From an uncultured archaeon (GTDB taxonomy: Archaea > Asgardarchaeota > Lokiarchaeia > Sigyniarchaeales > SOKP01), in contig CAZBPC010000006.1 of assembly GCA_964493715.1 (NCBI GenBank), forward strand, positions 1 to 61,191: a stretch of DNA of 61,191 nucleotides, read 5' to 3'. The translations under genes were made by a program, and so were the position numbers. The first letter of the stretch is position 1. Every line of letters starts with the position of its first letter. Of this stretch, positions 49,732 through 59,944 are shown piece after piece. The notes under the pieces were generated by a model. The model was not told the origin of the DNA, searched no databases, and saw only the letters and a program-made list of their open reading frames with translations.

Positions 49732-50045
49732 TTTTTTTTATCACCTTAAATTTATTGTTATAATTATACATTGAAGTAGAAATTTAAAGGTATAACTTTA
49801 ATCTTAGAAGATTCATTGCTGGTTTTGTTATAAAGTGAAGCGTAATAATTATGAAACTTAATTATTTAGAATAAAGGCTAAAATTCGGATTTTAAATGTT
49901 CAAGATTATATTTAAAATTTTAAGTAAGTTTGTTATTAGATATCCAATTAAAATTGATTTTCATTAACTTTTATATTTTTAATCAATTAATCTAATTGAA
50001 TTTATTAATAATCATTTTAATCTAGAATAAGAAAGGTAGAGCAAT

Positions 50046-51068
50046 TTGGGAAATCAAAATGAAATAACTGAACAATCAAAATTGTTTAATAAAGACGGGT
50101 CTTTAGTACAGAGAGGGTGGGCTCGCAAACCAATTCTAAAGTATAATAAAGAGAATATTGGAAAGAGTTGGATGCGGATTAAAGAATGGGATCACTATTC
50201 CGTTTTAAATAAAGATTTCGGGTTCCAAATGACTATCGGGGATATTGGATACTTAACTCAAATGAGTTATGTCTGGATTGATTTTAAGAAGAAAGAGAGG
50301 AATGGGCAATCTATTATGAAGTTCTTTACCAAATCTAAATTACTTCCATTAAGTTCTTTAGAAGATAGCTTAATCGAATTTCCTACCAACAAATTTAATG
50401 CCACGATAGAAAAAAAAGGAAATAAAAGAATACTCACTATAGATGATCCCTCTTTATTAGAAAAGGGAATCAAAGGTACAATTACGCTTGATGATATTGA
50501 ATCCTATGATAATACTGTTGTAGCTACAGGTTATAAAAAACCAAAATTATTTTACTACAATCATAAAATCAATTACATGCCTGCTAAAGGATCCATAAAA
50601 ATCGGAGAAGAAAAATTTAATTTTGAACCATCTTCATCCTTTGGTCTCATGGATTGGGGAAGAGGAATATGGTCATATAAGACACATTGGCTCTGGGGAT
50701 CTGCCTGTGGACTTGTTGATGGTGTTCCCGTAGCATTTAATATTGGATACGGTTTTGGAGATTTATCAACTCATACTGAAAATATTATCTTTTACGATGG
50801 TAAAGCCCATAAGTTTGATGAAGTTACTTTCCACCATGAAGATCGAGATCCTACAAAACCTTGGAAATTTACGAGCAATGATGGACGATTTAACATGACT
50901 TTAACTCCGTTAATCCCTCATAGAGAAAAATTGAATTTCGGTTTAATATATCTTAATTCTTCTCTATTGCATGGCTATTACTCTGGTGAAATTGTTTTAG
51001 ATAATGGAGAAAAAGTGATCATTAAGGACATGTTGGGTCATGCTGAAGATATTTACTGGAGATGGTAA
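50046..51068 (+). CDS. DUF2804 family beta-barrel protein
   Basis: GWAR.P, R.KEWD.Y, YN.K, DWGRG.W...T.W.W, FN.G.GF, EN, PW.F.S.DG. Confidence 0.8.
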   Translation: MGNQNEITEQSKLFNKDGSLVQRGWARKPILKYNKENIGKSWMRIKEWDHYSVLNKDFGFQMTIGDIGYLTQMSYVWIDFKKKERNGQSIMKFFTKSKLLPLSSLEDSLIEFPTNKFNATIEKKGNKRILTIDDPSLLEKGIKGTITLDDIESYDNTVVATGYKKPKLFYYNHKINYMPAKGSIKIGEEKFNFEPSSSFGLMDWGRGIWSYKTHWLWGSACGLVDGVPVAFNIGYGFGDLSTHTENIIFYDGKAHKFDEVTFHHEDRDPTKPWKFTSNDGRFNMTLTPLIPHREKLNFGLIYLNSSLLHGYYSGEIVLDNGEKVIIKDMLGHAEDIYWRW

Positions 51069-51126
51069 CTCTTTAAAAAAAAACACTCAAATCGATAATA
51101 ATAAAAAAATAAGATAGAAAATTTAT

Positions 51127-52593
51127 TTATAAATCCATCTCTTTTAGTTTTTCTTTATTTTTTGCTACTTTATCTGGGGTTAAATCATACCATTTCCAAA
51201 ATATAAAAATTGTTATAAGAACTACTAGTGCTGGTATTATAGCAGAATGAACTATTATTCCAAATTGAGCTAATTCTGGAGTTGGGCTTTTTACGAATAA
51301 TTCACTTAAATCATTAACTCCTTCAATAAAACCAGTTGCAGAATGAATAATTGCAAATATTAATGCTTGAAATGCGATACTTAATCGAATAAAAAATGCA
51401 TTCCATCCATAATATACCGTATCTTCTCTTCTTCCAATTTTTACGGCAACATTATCGAGGACATCAGCCATTGCAGGTGGATCTGCGAACCATTGAGCCC
51501 CCAGTCCGATTCCCCAAGCAAATAAAGCGATTATATATCCCAAATATCCAAGGAAAAGCCCAAACATCAAGGGAACGAAGGCGATAAACATAACCCATCC
51601 CGCAATTATCTCTAATTTTTTGTTATTGTTTATTTTTTTTGAGACATACGTCCAAAAAGGCATTGATAGCATAGCTCCTAATAACATTGCACCCAAAATT
51701 AGTGAGAGAGAGGGCATTTCCATGTCGAGTATAAATGTAACAATGTATGCACCTGATGTTTGTATAAGCGCGGCAGCTGCTTGATATCCAAAAAAGAAAA
51801 TAACTTTCACCATAAAAGTTTTATCGGACATTACTCTTTTTGTAGTCTTGAAAAAAGCTTCTCTTGGGGCAGTTTCAAGTTTTTCTCTTCTTACCTTGTA
51901 TCTTTCTCGCATTCTCTGATTTTCATTTATTCCAGGGAGCATAACAAAAAATAATAGAAATCCAATTCCAATGCTAAACCATGCCATTGTTTGATAAGTC
52001 TCAGCAACCCCTTTTATTACAAATAAAGGAGGAATAACCATAGCACATACAATACCGATCATTCCAATTATTGTCCCAATCCCTGTAGTAGTTCGACGTT
52101 CATTTAAACCTCGGAATTTGTCTGGAAACATTGCTGTTGTATTCACATTCCATAAAGTAAACAATGTATCATACACAAATAAAGTAACCAGGTACCATGT
52201 GAATATTGCCCATTGATTTCCATAAAAATTTGTAGGCACTAAGAATATAAATAAATAGGAAAACAGCCATGGAATGGCCCCAATAATAATCCAAGGAAGT
52301 CTTTTTATTCCCCATTTACGTTCCCAAGGCATATGAAGGCGGTCCATAAGATATCCAAACAATGGGTCATTAATTGCATTCCAAATAGAATATATTATAA
52401 ATGCTAAAGCTCCCAATACAACAGGTAGGCCAATTACTACTTCGTAAAAGTAAAATACAAAAAGCCCGAAAGAACCTGTTATCCACTGACCAAAAAATTG
52501 GGTAAATCCATAGGATGCCATGATCTTTTTTGAATTTTCGTAGGATTCTTCAGTTGGTTTTAATTCATTATCAATACTCATATGAAATTTCAC
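51127..52593 (-). CDS. MFS GPH-family (melibiose/Mfsd2-like) symporter
   Basis: WNAINDPLFG...D, RRE..YYG; paralog of 55185-56627. Confidence 0.9.
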   Translation of the reverse strand: MKFHMSIDNELKPTEESYENSKKIMASYGFTQFFGQWITGSFGLFVFYFYEVVIGLPVVLGALAFIIYSIWNAINDPLFGYLMDRLHMPWERKWGIKRLPWIIIGAIPWLFSYLFIFLVPTNFYGNQWAIFTWYLVTLFVYDTLFTLWNVNTTAMFPDKFRGLNERRTTTGIGTIIGMIGIVCAMVIPPLFVIKGVAETYQTMAWFSIGIGFLLFFVMLPGINENQRMRERYKVRREKLETAPREAFFKTTKRVMSDKTFMVKVIFFFGYQAAAALIQTSGAYIVTFILDMEMPSLSLILGAMLLGAMLSMPFWTYVSKKINNNKKLEIIAGWVMFIAFVPLMFGLFLGYLGYIIALFAWGIGLGAQWFADPPAMADVLDNVAVKIGRREDTVYYGWNAFFIRLSIAFQALIFAIIHSATGFIEGVNDLSELFVKSPTPELAQFGIIVHSAIIPALVVLITIFIFWKWYDLTPDKVAKNKEKLKEMDL

Positions 52594-52733
52594 TTTTTTT
52601 CCTTATTGTTTCATTCTTATGATTTAAATAATAATATATATACTTAAAAATTATTTAAAGTTGGCTTTAAGTAGTTTCAAATGTATACTAAACTTCAATA
52701 AAGTTAATAAAATTTGAAAACAAAAAAATGATC

Positions 52734-52824
52734 TTACTCCGGTGAAATAATTTTAAATAATGGAGAAAAAGTGATCGTTGAGTGTATGTTAGGTCACGCT
52801 GAAGATATTTATTGGAGATGGTAA
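52734..52824 (+). pseudogene. duplicated 3' tail of the DUF2804 gene
   Basis: 79/91 nt identical to 50978-51068 by hand; reads YSGEIILNNGEKVIVECMLGHAEDIYWRW*. Confidence 0.9.
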
Positions 52825-53059
52825 GTTGCTCCGTACTCACTCTTTTTTCTAAAATAAATTCTGATTTAACTTGATCATACAATTTATTATTGAAAATTAA
52901 TAGCTTGAAATTGAATCAAGTCTCAGTGACACCCGAGGATGTAATAGCAAGAACTTATACTAATATCTTTATATCTTTCAAATTAGCACATTCTTGCCTT
53001 TCAACAGCATTATTTCAATAATATTTAGGGGGGATCGTTTAAACGTGGAGGGTGATTGA

Positions 53060-53266
53060 ATCCATGATGAAGAAGAGGAAAAAGAACTCTTCAAAACAGC
53101 AAATGATTTAGATAAGGTCGCCGCATCATTATCTCAAAACGATATTTATTCCTTGTTGAAACTAGGTTTTGAGCACTTTAGATGTTATCAGCTTGCAAAT
53201 CTAAAAGAGATCTTTGATGAAGTCATCGATATCGGTCAAAAAGATGATAAGGTTAAAGAATTTTAA
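53060..53266 (+). pseudogene. start-less coding-like fragment
   Basis: Open frame IHDEEEEKELFKTANDLDKVAASLSQNDIYSLLKLGFEHFRCYQLANLKEIFDEVIDIGQKDDKVKEF*; follows GGAGG and an out-of-frame GTG/ATG. Confidence 0.3.
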
Positions 53267-53844
53267 AAAACATGTAACCATTAAAATATTCAAATCATTT
53301 TTGAACAGATAAAGACAGAACAAGGAAACTGTTCATTGTGTTTTGGGAGATATTGCTTATTTAGTAAGAGATTCAGATGTCCATCTTACTTTGGATAGAC
53401 TTCATCAAAGATATGAAAGATGTTGCTAAAAAATACTTCTTAATTGATCTGAATTGATATCAACTGTTATAATTTCTTCTACCTTGTCTTTTTCCTAATT
53501 TGAAAAGAATTTAATATGAATATAACACATGCTTATTCTCTCTTAATTTCAGCGATTTTATTAGAGAATTTAAGATTAAAAAATGAAAAATGAAAGCAAC
53601 AGGAACACGTCCACTCCGGTTGTATAAATTTCTTATTTGAAATAAGATTTTTTATAAAAAAAAAGTGAAATTGATTCTTGGTTATGCATTATGTTATATT
53701 CATTGCGATTTTGTAAGGCTAAGCTTAATTTTATTTGTGAAAATCCGTTTTTTATATTTATAATGAATAATATTAAATAATCTAAAAAAAATTGAATCTA
53801 GATATTGTTATAATAAAACAATATTAATTTTAACATAATAAAGT

Positions 53845-54162
53845 GTGATATATAATATGGCAAAATATGATCAAATAATGAAAGTTTTAGCGATTTTAGG
53901 CGGTTTAATAGCTCTAATAGTAGGACTTTTAGACCTTCTCGGTTTCAATTACGGTTTCGGAGCATATTGGGGCGTTGCTTATCTTTTTCCTATAATCGCA
54001 ATAATTCTTGGTATCGTGGTACTTCTAAGTGCTTTTAGAGGAAACCCAGTCCCTTTTACTGCAGTATGGCTATTAGTTTTAGGTATTTTAATTCTAATCT
54101 TTGGAAGCTGGTTAGCAGCAGTTTTAGTGATTATTGCTGCAATTATAGGGTTTCTTGATTAA
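53845..54162 (+). CDS. small 3-4 TM membrane protein
   Basis: Almost wholly hydrophobic and Gly-rich; likely start ATG 53857 (MAKYD); followed by a T tract. Confidence 0.75.
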   Translation: MIYNMAKYDQIMKVLAILGGLIALIVGLLDLLGFNYGFGAYWGVAYLFPIIAIILGIVVLLSAFRGNPVPFTAVWLLVLGILILIFGSWLAAVLVIIAAIIGFLD

Positions 54163-54379
54163 TACATAATAATTCAACTATAACTTTTTCTTTTTTTTAA
54201 TTTCTGCAATAACTATAGAACTATATTTAAATTATTCCATTATTTTTTGCCCAACTTAACCAGACCAGATAACGCTTTAGGAATTTCTATTATTATGAAT
54301 AAAACTGATAAAATTTAAATTTATTTTAAAAATTTATTTTATATAATCGATTATAAAACAAATATACAGGAAGCAAGCA

Positions 54380-54961
54380 ATGATCGAAGATTTAATTGAT
54401 AGTATCTGGATATTAGAAATAGAATCTGGAATCGTTATTTATGAAGAAATTTATAATGACATAACAAAACATGGAATATCAACAGATATGATTTTAAATT
54501 TTCTTTCAGCCTTAGTTAGTTTTGCTGATGAAGTGTTTGCAGATGAGCTAAAATATATAAAACTATCAAATCATAAGATCTTTTTTAATTTTTTAAAGCA
54601 CGTCATGTTGGTAATATCGATAACTGACAAAATTTCTATTGAGGAAACGGAATTAAAGGTTTTAATTGATAGAATCGGTAAAAAATTTGAATCAAAGTTT
54701 GAGCACTTATATAAAAATGAATTTTGGTATGTAAATATCGAGGTGTTTAATTCTTTTTCAAAAGATATAAGAGAGTTCATTAAAAGAGAACCAGAACCAA
54801 TCAAAATAGTACATAGTATTAATTTTTCTGAAAAAATACAAAAATTGAATGAATTAATTGATAATGAAACAAATAAATTTTTAAACAGAAAGCAAAAACT
54901 CCAAGAAGTGTATGAACAGAAGGTAGACCGATTAGAATCTAAAAAGAAAAACATTATTTAA
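54380..54961 (+). CDS. longin-like domain protein (eukaryotic-signature type)
   Basis: IDSIWIL...SG..IY, D.I.NFLSAL.SFA.E, L.YI.L...KI.F, F...F...F pattern of the longin/roadblock-like fold; coiled-coil tail. Confidence 0.7.
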   Translation: MIEDLIDSIWILEIESGIVIYEEIYNDITKHGISTDMILNFLSALVSFADEVFADELKYIKLSNHKIFFNFLKHVMLVISITDKISIEETELKVLIDRIGKKFESKFEHLYKNEFWYVNIEVFNSFSKDIREFIKREPEPIKIVHSINFSEKIQKLNELIDNETNKFLNRKQKLQEVYEQKVDRLESKKKNII

Positions 54962-55184
54962 ATGAACAACCAAATAACTTATTATTAGTTAGTGTTATAG
55001 TTTTGTAAGTGAAGTAAAATAAGACAGATTCGAATTACGCTTAAAGGCGAACAAATTGAACTTATCCAGAAGGTTTTGGAAATCATTATTGATGATCTAA
55101 ATAATAAAAATGTGACTCATCTCAAAAGAGAAAATCAAATTAAGCAAAAATATTAAAAAAAAAATAATAAAAAAAAATGTGTCT

Positions 55185-56627
55185 TTATAATAGACCCATT
55201 TCAGCTAATTTTTCTTTGTTAGCAGCGACCTTATCGGGTGTTAACCTGTAATATTTCCAAAATAGTAATAAAGTTATGAGAACTAATATGGCAGGAACTA
55301 TTGCTACGTGTATCCTAATGCCGAATAATGCTAATGGTTGCTGTGTAGGGGCACCTTCAACATACCCTGTAAGCACATGGCTTAATGCTATCGTAACTGC
55401 GATAAAAGCCTGCCCGAATTTAATGAAAAACGATTGAAAACCGTAATAAATTGCCTGTTGCCTTTTTCCAGTTCTCACCGTTACATCATCCAATACATCA
55501 CCCATTGTTGGTGGGTCAACATACCAATGACCCCCTACTCCGACGCCAAAGAAAATTAACGCTATCATCCAAGGAATAAGCCCGTTAATGAAGATCATGG
55601 GTAAAAATGTAAGGAATAAAGCGATTCCTGCGTAAATACTCAACTTTCTATTGTCATTTATTTTATGAGCAAAGTACGTCCACAGTGGAGTCGAAATAAG
55701 AGCTCCCAGAAGCATCCCTCCTAAGAGATACATTATAGCATTATCTCCCATTCCCAAAAGATAAGCTGATATATATAAGGCAGAGGTTTGAATCATTACT
55801 CCTCCTACTTGGTACCCAAAGAAGAATACTGCCTTCATCATAAACGTTCTATCTCTTACTACTCTAAAATTTGATTTTAAGAATGATTCTAGATGTTGAG
55901 CTTCTTTAATTTCTTTTCTTTGCGCATATATTTTTCTTACTTTTTTATCTTCATATATTCCTGGTATAACGAGCAAGAATAGAAAAAATCCAACAGTTAC
56001 GCTAAATATAGAAGCTTGCACGTATGTTTCGGCGACATTAATAACAATAAATAACATCGAAGGAAGAATAAATGCCATGACGAGTCCCGTAATTCCTAAA
56101 ATAGTCCCAAAGCCTTGAACTACTCTTCTTTCCTTTAAGCCACTGAATTTATCTGGATAGAGAGATATTACATTTACGTCATATAGGGTTAATGCAGTAT
56201 CGTAAATGCACAATGAAATTACATACCATAAGAAAATTTCTAATTGATGAGCTTGTACTATACCCGCTGAACCATACCAATCAGTTGGCACCAAATAAAT
56301 AAACAAGTATGATATTAACCAAGGTATAACACCAATTAACATCCACGGAAATCGTTTAAACCCTTTTTTTTCCCATGGCATGTGAACCTTTTCCATTAGC
56401 CATCCTACAAGAGGGTCATTTATAGCATTCCAAACGGAATAAATAATAAAAGCCCACATGGCCAATAATATTGGTAATCCTATAACGTTTTCATAGAAAA
56501 AAAACACAGAAAAACCAAATGCAGCGGATATCCATTGTCCAAAAAGTTCTCTTGACCCATAAGAAGCCATTATGCGTCTTGGATAGGTATATTTTCTTTC
56601 TTTTGTTGTTTCAACACTTTCAGTCAT
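55185..56627 (-). CDS. MFS GPH-family symporter
   Basis: WNAINDPL.G, ~12 TM; paralog of 51127-52593. Confidence 0.9.
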   Translation of the reverse strand: MTESVETTKERKYTYPRRIMASYGSRELFGQWISAAFGFSVFFFYENVIGLPILLAMWAFIIYSVWNAINDPLVGWLMEKVHMPWEKKGFKRFPWMLIGVIPWLISYLFIYLVPTDWYGSAGIVQAHQLEIFLWYVISLCIYDTALTLYDVNVISLYPDKFSGLKERRVVQGFGTILGITGLVMAFILPSMLFIVINVAETYVQASIFSVTVGFFLFLLVIPGIYEDKKVRKIYAQRKEIKEAQHLESFLKSNFRVVRDRTFMMKAVFFFGYQVGGVMIQTSALYISAYLLGMGDNAIMYLLGGMLLGALISTPLWTYFAHKINDNRKLSIYAGIALFLTFLPMIFINGLIPWMIALIFFGVGVGGHWYVDPPTMGDVLDDVTVRTGKRQQAIYYGFQSFFIKFGQAFIAVTIALSHVLTGYVEGAPTQQPLALFGIRIHVAIVPAILVLITLLLFWKYYRLTPDKVAANKEKLAEMGLL

Positions 56628-56717
56628 TTTTATCCCCTAATTTCTAAACATATAAAAATTTAATTTAATATATCAATTAATTAAACCATTATAAAAAGCT
56701 TATTAATTATAAGATAA

Positions 56718-57401
56718 TTGAAAATAATAATATTTGAACCTCATCCTGATGATTTATTGTTAGGACCCGGTCCAATTTTACTTGAATGGATTAATGAAAA
56801 TAAGCATGAAATACACATAATAACGGTTACAGATGGAAGAGCCTGTTTTAGAGTTGGAGAGCAAGCAGATTCAGAAAATGCTCCTATAATGACTGAAGAC
56901 GAAGTTGCAACAATGAGAATAAAAGAAGCGAGGGAAGCAATCAAATTTTTAGGAATCCCCACGGAAAATCATCACCTTTTTAACTTTCATGATGCTGATG
57001 GGCAAAAGTATGTGAAAGAAGGGATTGAAAAGACAATTCCTCTAATTAGAGATGCCGATCGAATTTTTTTTCCAAGCAACAATAATCTTCATATCGATCA
57101 TCAAGCGACTCGTGACATTGCAATTGGAGCATCAAAAGCATTATCATTGAATAATCTCGAATATTTTGTCTATTTTGTACCCTCTTATGGTAAACTTCAA
57201 GAAGATTCGAAAGATCATCAATTTGAATATATAATTGATGAAGAAAAAGCAAAAATTCTAAAGGAATGGTTAGAGATCTACCAATCTCAATCGTTCACAA
57301 AATATACTTGGAAGATGTACAATAGATTCCTTAACAAGATAAGAAAGTGGACCTATGGCATTTATAAATATGAAGAAATTGGAAAGTATTATAATTTTTA
57401 G
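56718..57401 (+). CDS. PIG-L family N-deacetylase
   Basis: PHPDD, TDG, R..EA..A...LG, H.DH, Y.SQ. Confidence 0.9.
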   Translation: MKIIIFEPHPDDLLLGPGPILLEWINENKHEIHIITVTDGRACFRVGEQADSENAPIMTEDEVATMRIKEAREAIKFLGIPTENHHLFNFHDADGQKYVKEGIEKTIPLIRDADRIFFPSNNNLHIDHQATRDIAIGASKALSLNNLEYFVYFVPSYGKLQEDSKDHQFEYIIDEEKAKILKEWLEIYQSQSFTKYTWKMYNRFLNKIRKWTYGIYKYEEIGKYYNF

Positions 57402-57583
57402 GTTTTTTCTCTTTTTTCTATTGCACAATAAAACTTATATAATAATTTAGCATTGCAAACTATGCATAATTGTTCATAAATTGACCTTCTAAATTTCTTT
57501 TAATCTCATTACCCAAGACTACTTCGAACTAAGGTTAATTTTGTAAGATATTTTTTAGAGTTTGAATTAGATTAAGGGTAAAT

Positions 57584-58576
57584 TTGAAAATGCTCAATAT
57601 AATCTTGTGGATTTTATTGATGTTGGGAGGAATTACTTTAATTATTTTTTCTAGCAAAGTTGCTGTGAACAATTCAGCTTTACTTGCAACTGCACTAGGA
57701 ATATCTCCCTTAATTATAGGAGTAACTTTGGTTTCAATCGGAACGGATATTTCTGAAATTTTTAATTCGATTGTGTCTTGTGCCCGTGGACATGGCGATA
57801 TTGATGTAGGAGATTCAGTAGGTTCTGATTTAGCTCAATTAACACTCATTTTTGGGCTTCTTCCAATTATTTGTGGAGCATTTTATATTCATCGAAAAGA
57901 TATAATTATCTTAGGAACTTGCGAGGTGCTTTCTCTATTAGTAATTTTCACCGTAGTAGAAAAAGGAGATATAAGCCGTTTGGATGCAATATTTATGGTG
58001 GGAAGTTTGGGAATATATATTTGGTTGATTTATAATGCTAATAAAGAAAGCATTCTACACCGTATTGAATTGGTAGAAATTGAGACACCTAAAAGAAAAA
58101 AGAAGATCTATCTTCTATATGCTGTTTTGGGATTTATAGGGGTTACAATCGCGTCAGTTATGATTATCGAATCTGTGATTAATATTTCAAGGTTATTAAA
58201 TGTTCATGAATACATCATAAGTTTTTTTATTCTGGCTATTGGAACCTCTCTTCCAGAATTGGTGGTTGATATTAACGCACTCCGTTGTAAACAACATTCC
58301 ATTGCAATTGGAGATATTGTAGGATCTTGCATCGTAGATTCAACTTTAAGCATTGGAATAGGTCAAGTTCTTTTTCCTCAAGCAGTTACAGCCCGTTTTG
58401 CAATCCCTACAATCTTATTTACTCTTATTGCCAGTTTTATAGTTATTACCACTGTAACCATAAGAAAAAAAATTGATAAAAAAGCAGGTATTTTCTTTAT
58501 AATGATCTATTTTATCTCTTACAGTTTACCAATTTTACCTGTATATGATTTTTTGAAATCAATATTTATAATATAG
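57584..58576 (+). CDS. CaCA family Na+/Ca2+ antiporter (YrbG-like)
   Basis: alpha repeats GTDISE...GDSVGS and GTSLPE...GDIVGS. Confidence 0.9.
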   Translation: MKMLNIILWILLMLGGITLIIFSSKVAVNNSALLATALGISPLIIGVTLVSIGTDISEIFNSIVSCARGHGDIDVGDSVGSDLAQLTLIFGLLPIICGAFYIHRKDIIILGTCEVLSLLVIFTVVEKGDISRLDAIFMVGSLGIYIWLIYNANKESILHRIELVEIETPKRKKKIYLLYAVLGFIGVTIASVMIIESVINISRLLNVHEYIISFFILAIGTSLPELVVDINALRCKQHSIAIGDIVGSCIVDSTLSIGIGQVLFPQAVTARFAIPTILFTLIASFIVITTVTIRKKIDKKAGIFFIMIYFISYSLPILPVYDFLKSIFII

Positions 58577-58583
58577 ATTAATC

Positions 58584-58931
58584 TTATTCAGGTAAGTAAA
58601 ATTTACATAGAACACATTGTTTTGCTTTTAGTCTTCTTTCTGGTCCTAAGATTATGTATTTAGTTGCCATTTTTCCTCCACACTTCGGGCAGTTTTGTAA
58701 GAAATTGTCTTTAATGGATTCTAAAACTAATTGTATGCTTTCTTCTAACGCTAAAAGTTCGTTTGCATTTCCAATTATTTTTTTTGCAGATACTATTCCT
58801 ATACCTTTGATCCATGCTAATTCTTCGGGTTTTGCACTTGCCACGTCCTCGATAGTCTTAATTCCTGCTTTAATAAGATTTTCTGAAGCAGCAGGACCAA
58901 TTCCTCTGACTCTTTCAAGCTCAGTCGACAT
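58584..58931 (-). CDS. tandem helix-hairpin-helix + C4 Zn-ribbon protein
   Basis: VRGIGP, IKGIG, CPKC...CVLC. Confidence 0.8.
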   Translation of the reverse strand: MSTELERVRGIGPAASENLIKAGIKTIEDVASAKPEELAWIKGIGIVSAKKIIGNANELLALEESIQLVLESIKDNFLQNCPKCGGKMATKYIILGPERRLKAKQCVLCKFYLPE

Positions 58932-59092
58932 GATCTTACAAAACCTTAAAGATTGATGAAATGGACTTCAAGAACACAGACGTTATATACATATTTGAAT
59001 ACAAAAATAATTTTTATGTAACAATTATAAAATGGGATTCAACACTGATAAAATTTGAGATATGCTAAAAAAAAAGAAAAATGAATTGATTT

Positions 59093-59812
59093 TTATTTTT
59101 CTAATTGACGTCCTACACCAGTATACATTAAATACCCGCCTGCAATTGCTAAAACTAGTCCTATTAAACCCATTATTGTCCGAAAAATTGGTATATCCAG
59201 AGTATTTGATATAAATATGCCATACATGAAGACTATTAAACAACAGAATCCATAAATGAAATACTTCCACTTCTTTTTGAGAAGATCATCTTCAAATTTC
59301 TTGTATATCTGAAATGATAGATATAAAAATGGTATGACTGCTCCTATTGAAACTACAAGGACTACATAAATAAAAAATGGTAATGCCCATACGGGTGACC
59401 AAGTAGCATTAAGGGTTACACCAGCTCTAGGGATGAATAAGAAAAAGATCATGCAGAACATCGCAATACCGTATCCTAATAAAATCAGAATTTGTTTTGT
59501 AGTAGTAATTACTTTCTCTGACCTCAATAAGATCAAGTCAAAAACTACGAGGAAAATAGCAGAGTAGTATATTCCGAAATTCGTGACAAAATTCAATAAC
59601 AGCACGAGATTGACATCTGTCATTGGACCGTATATGAAATTCACGAGAAATCCTATTACAGGCGAAATATAGAACCCAGAAAAGATTACGTTAAGCCTCT
59701 TTCGATCTCTTTTCAATATTTTGAATGCAAGAAATAGGAAAAAGACGAAAATAAATCCTTGGGCAATATAAATCGTTAAAAATCTCATGGCGGTTAACTG
59801 AAATAATACCAT
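59093..59812 (-). CDS. stand-alone 7TM (HisKA_7TM-like) membrane protein
   Basis: ~7 hydrophobic segments; LKKKW.YF..G...YG...SNTL, Y.GV..QL shared with the neighbouring gene. Confidence 0.75.
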   Translation of the reverse strand: MVLFQLTAMRFLTIYIAQGFIFVFFLFLAFKILKRDRKRLNVIFSGFYISPVIGFLVNFIYGPMTDVNLVLLLNFVTNFGIYYSAIFLVVFDLILLRSEKVITTTKQILILLGYGIAMFCMIFFLFIPRAGVTLNATWSPVWALPFFIYVVLVVSIGAVIPFLYLSFQIYKKFEDDLLKKKWKYFIYGFCCLIVFMYGIFISNTLDIPIFRTIMGLIGLVLAIAGGYLMYTGVGRQLEK

Positions 59813-59944
59813 TATTAATCACTAAGGTTATTTTTTTTTTTGTATTTATTATGTAGTTTATTATTGTAGCACAATAATTTAATAATATGCTTTCAACGAG
59901 ACTCAATAATTAAAAAAAAAAAATTCTTTATAAAACAAATAATA

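Noticed and set aside
52688-52882. 64-aa minus-strand ORF
   Set aside because: It is the antisense of the duplicated DUF2804 tail.
52830-53840. Possible tRNA, ncRNA or IS element in the long low-coding interval
   Set aside because: No cloverleaf, GC-rich stem, terminal inverted repeats or transposase motif seen; only a decayed ORF fragment.
15094-59906. Numerous short ORFs overlapping annotated genes (e.g. 15094-15309, 15392-15628, 17760-18047, 20815-21111, 23439-23699, 26394-26678, 36188-36505, 39360-39710, 49340-49708, 54571-54954, 58654-58956, 59025-59270)
   Set aside because: Shadow ORFs opposite or overlapping recognisable genes, with no independent coding signal.
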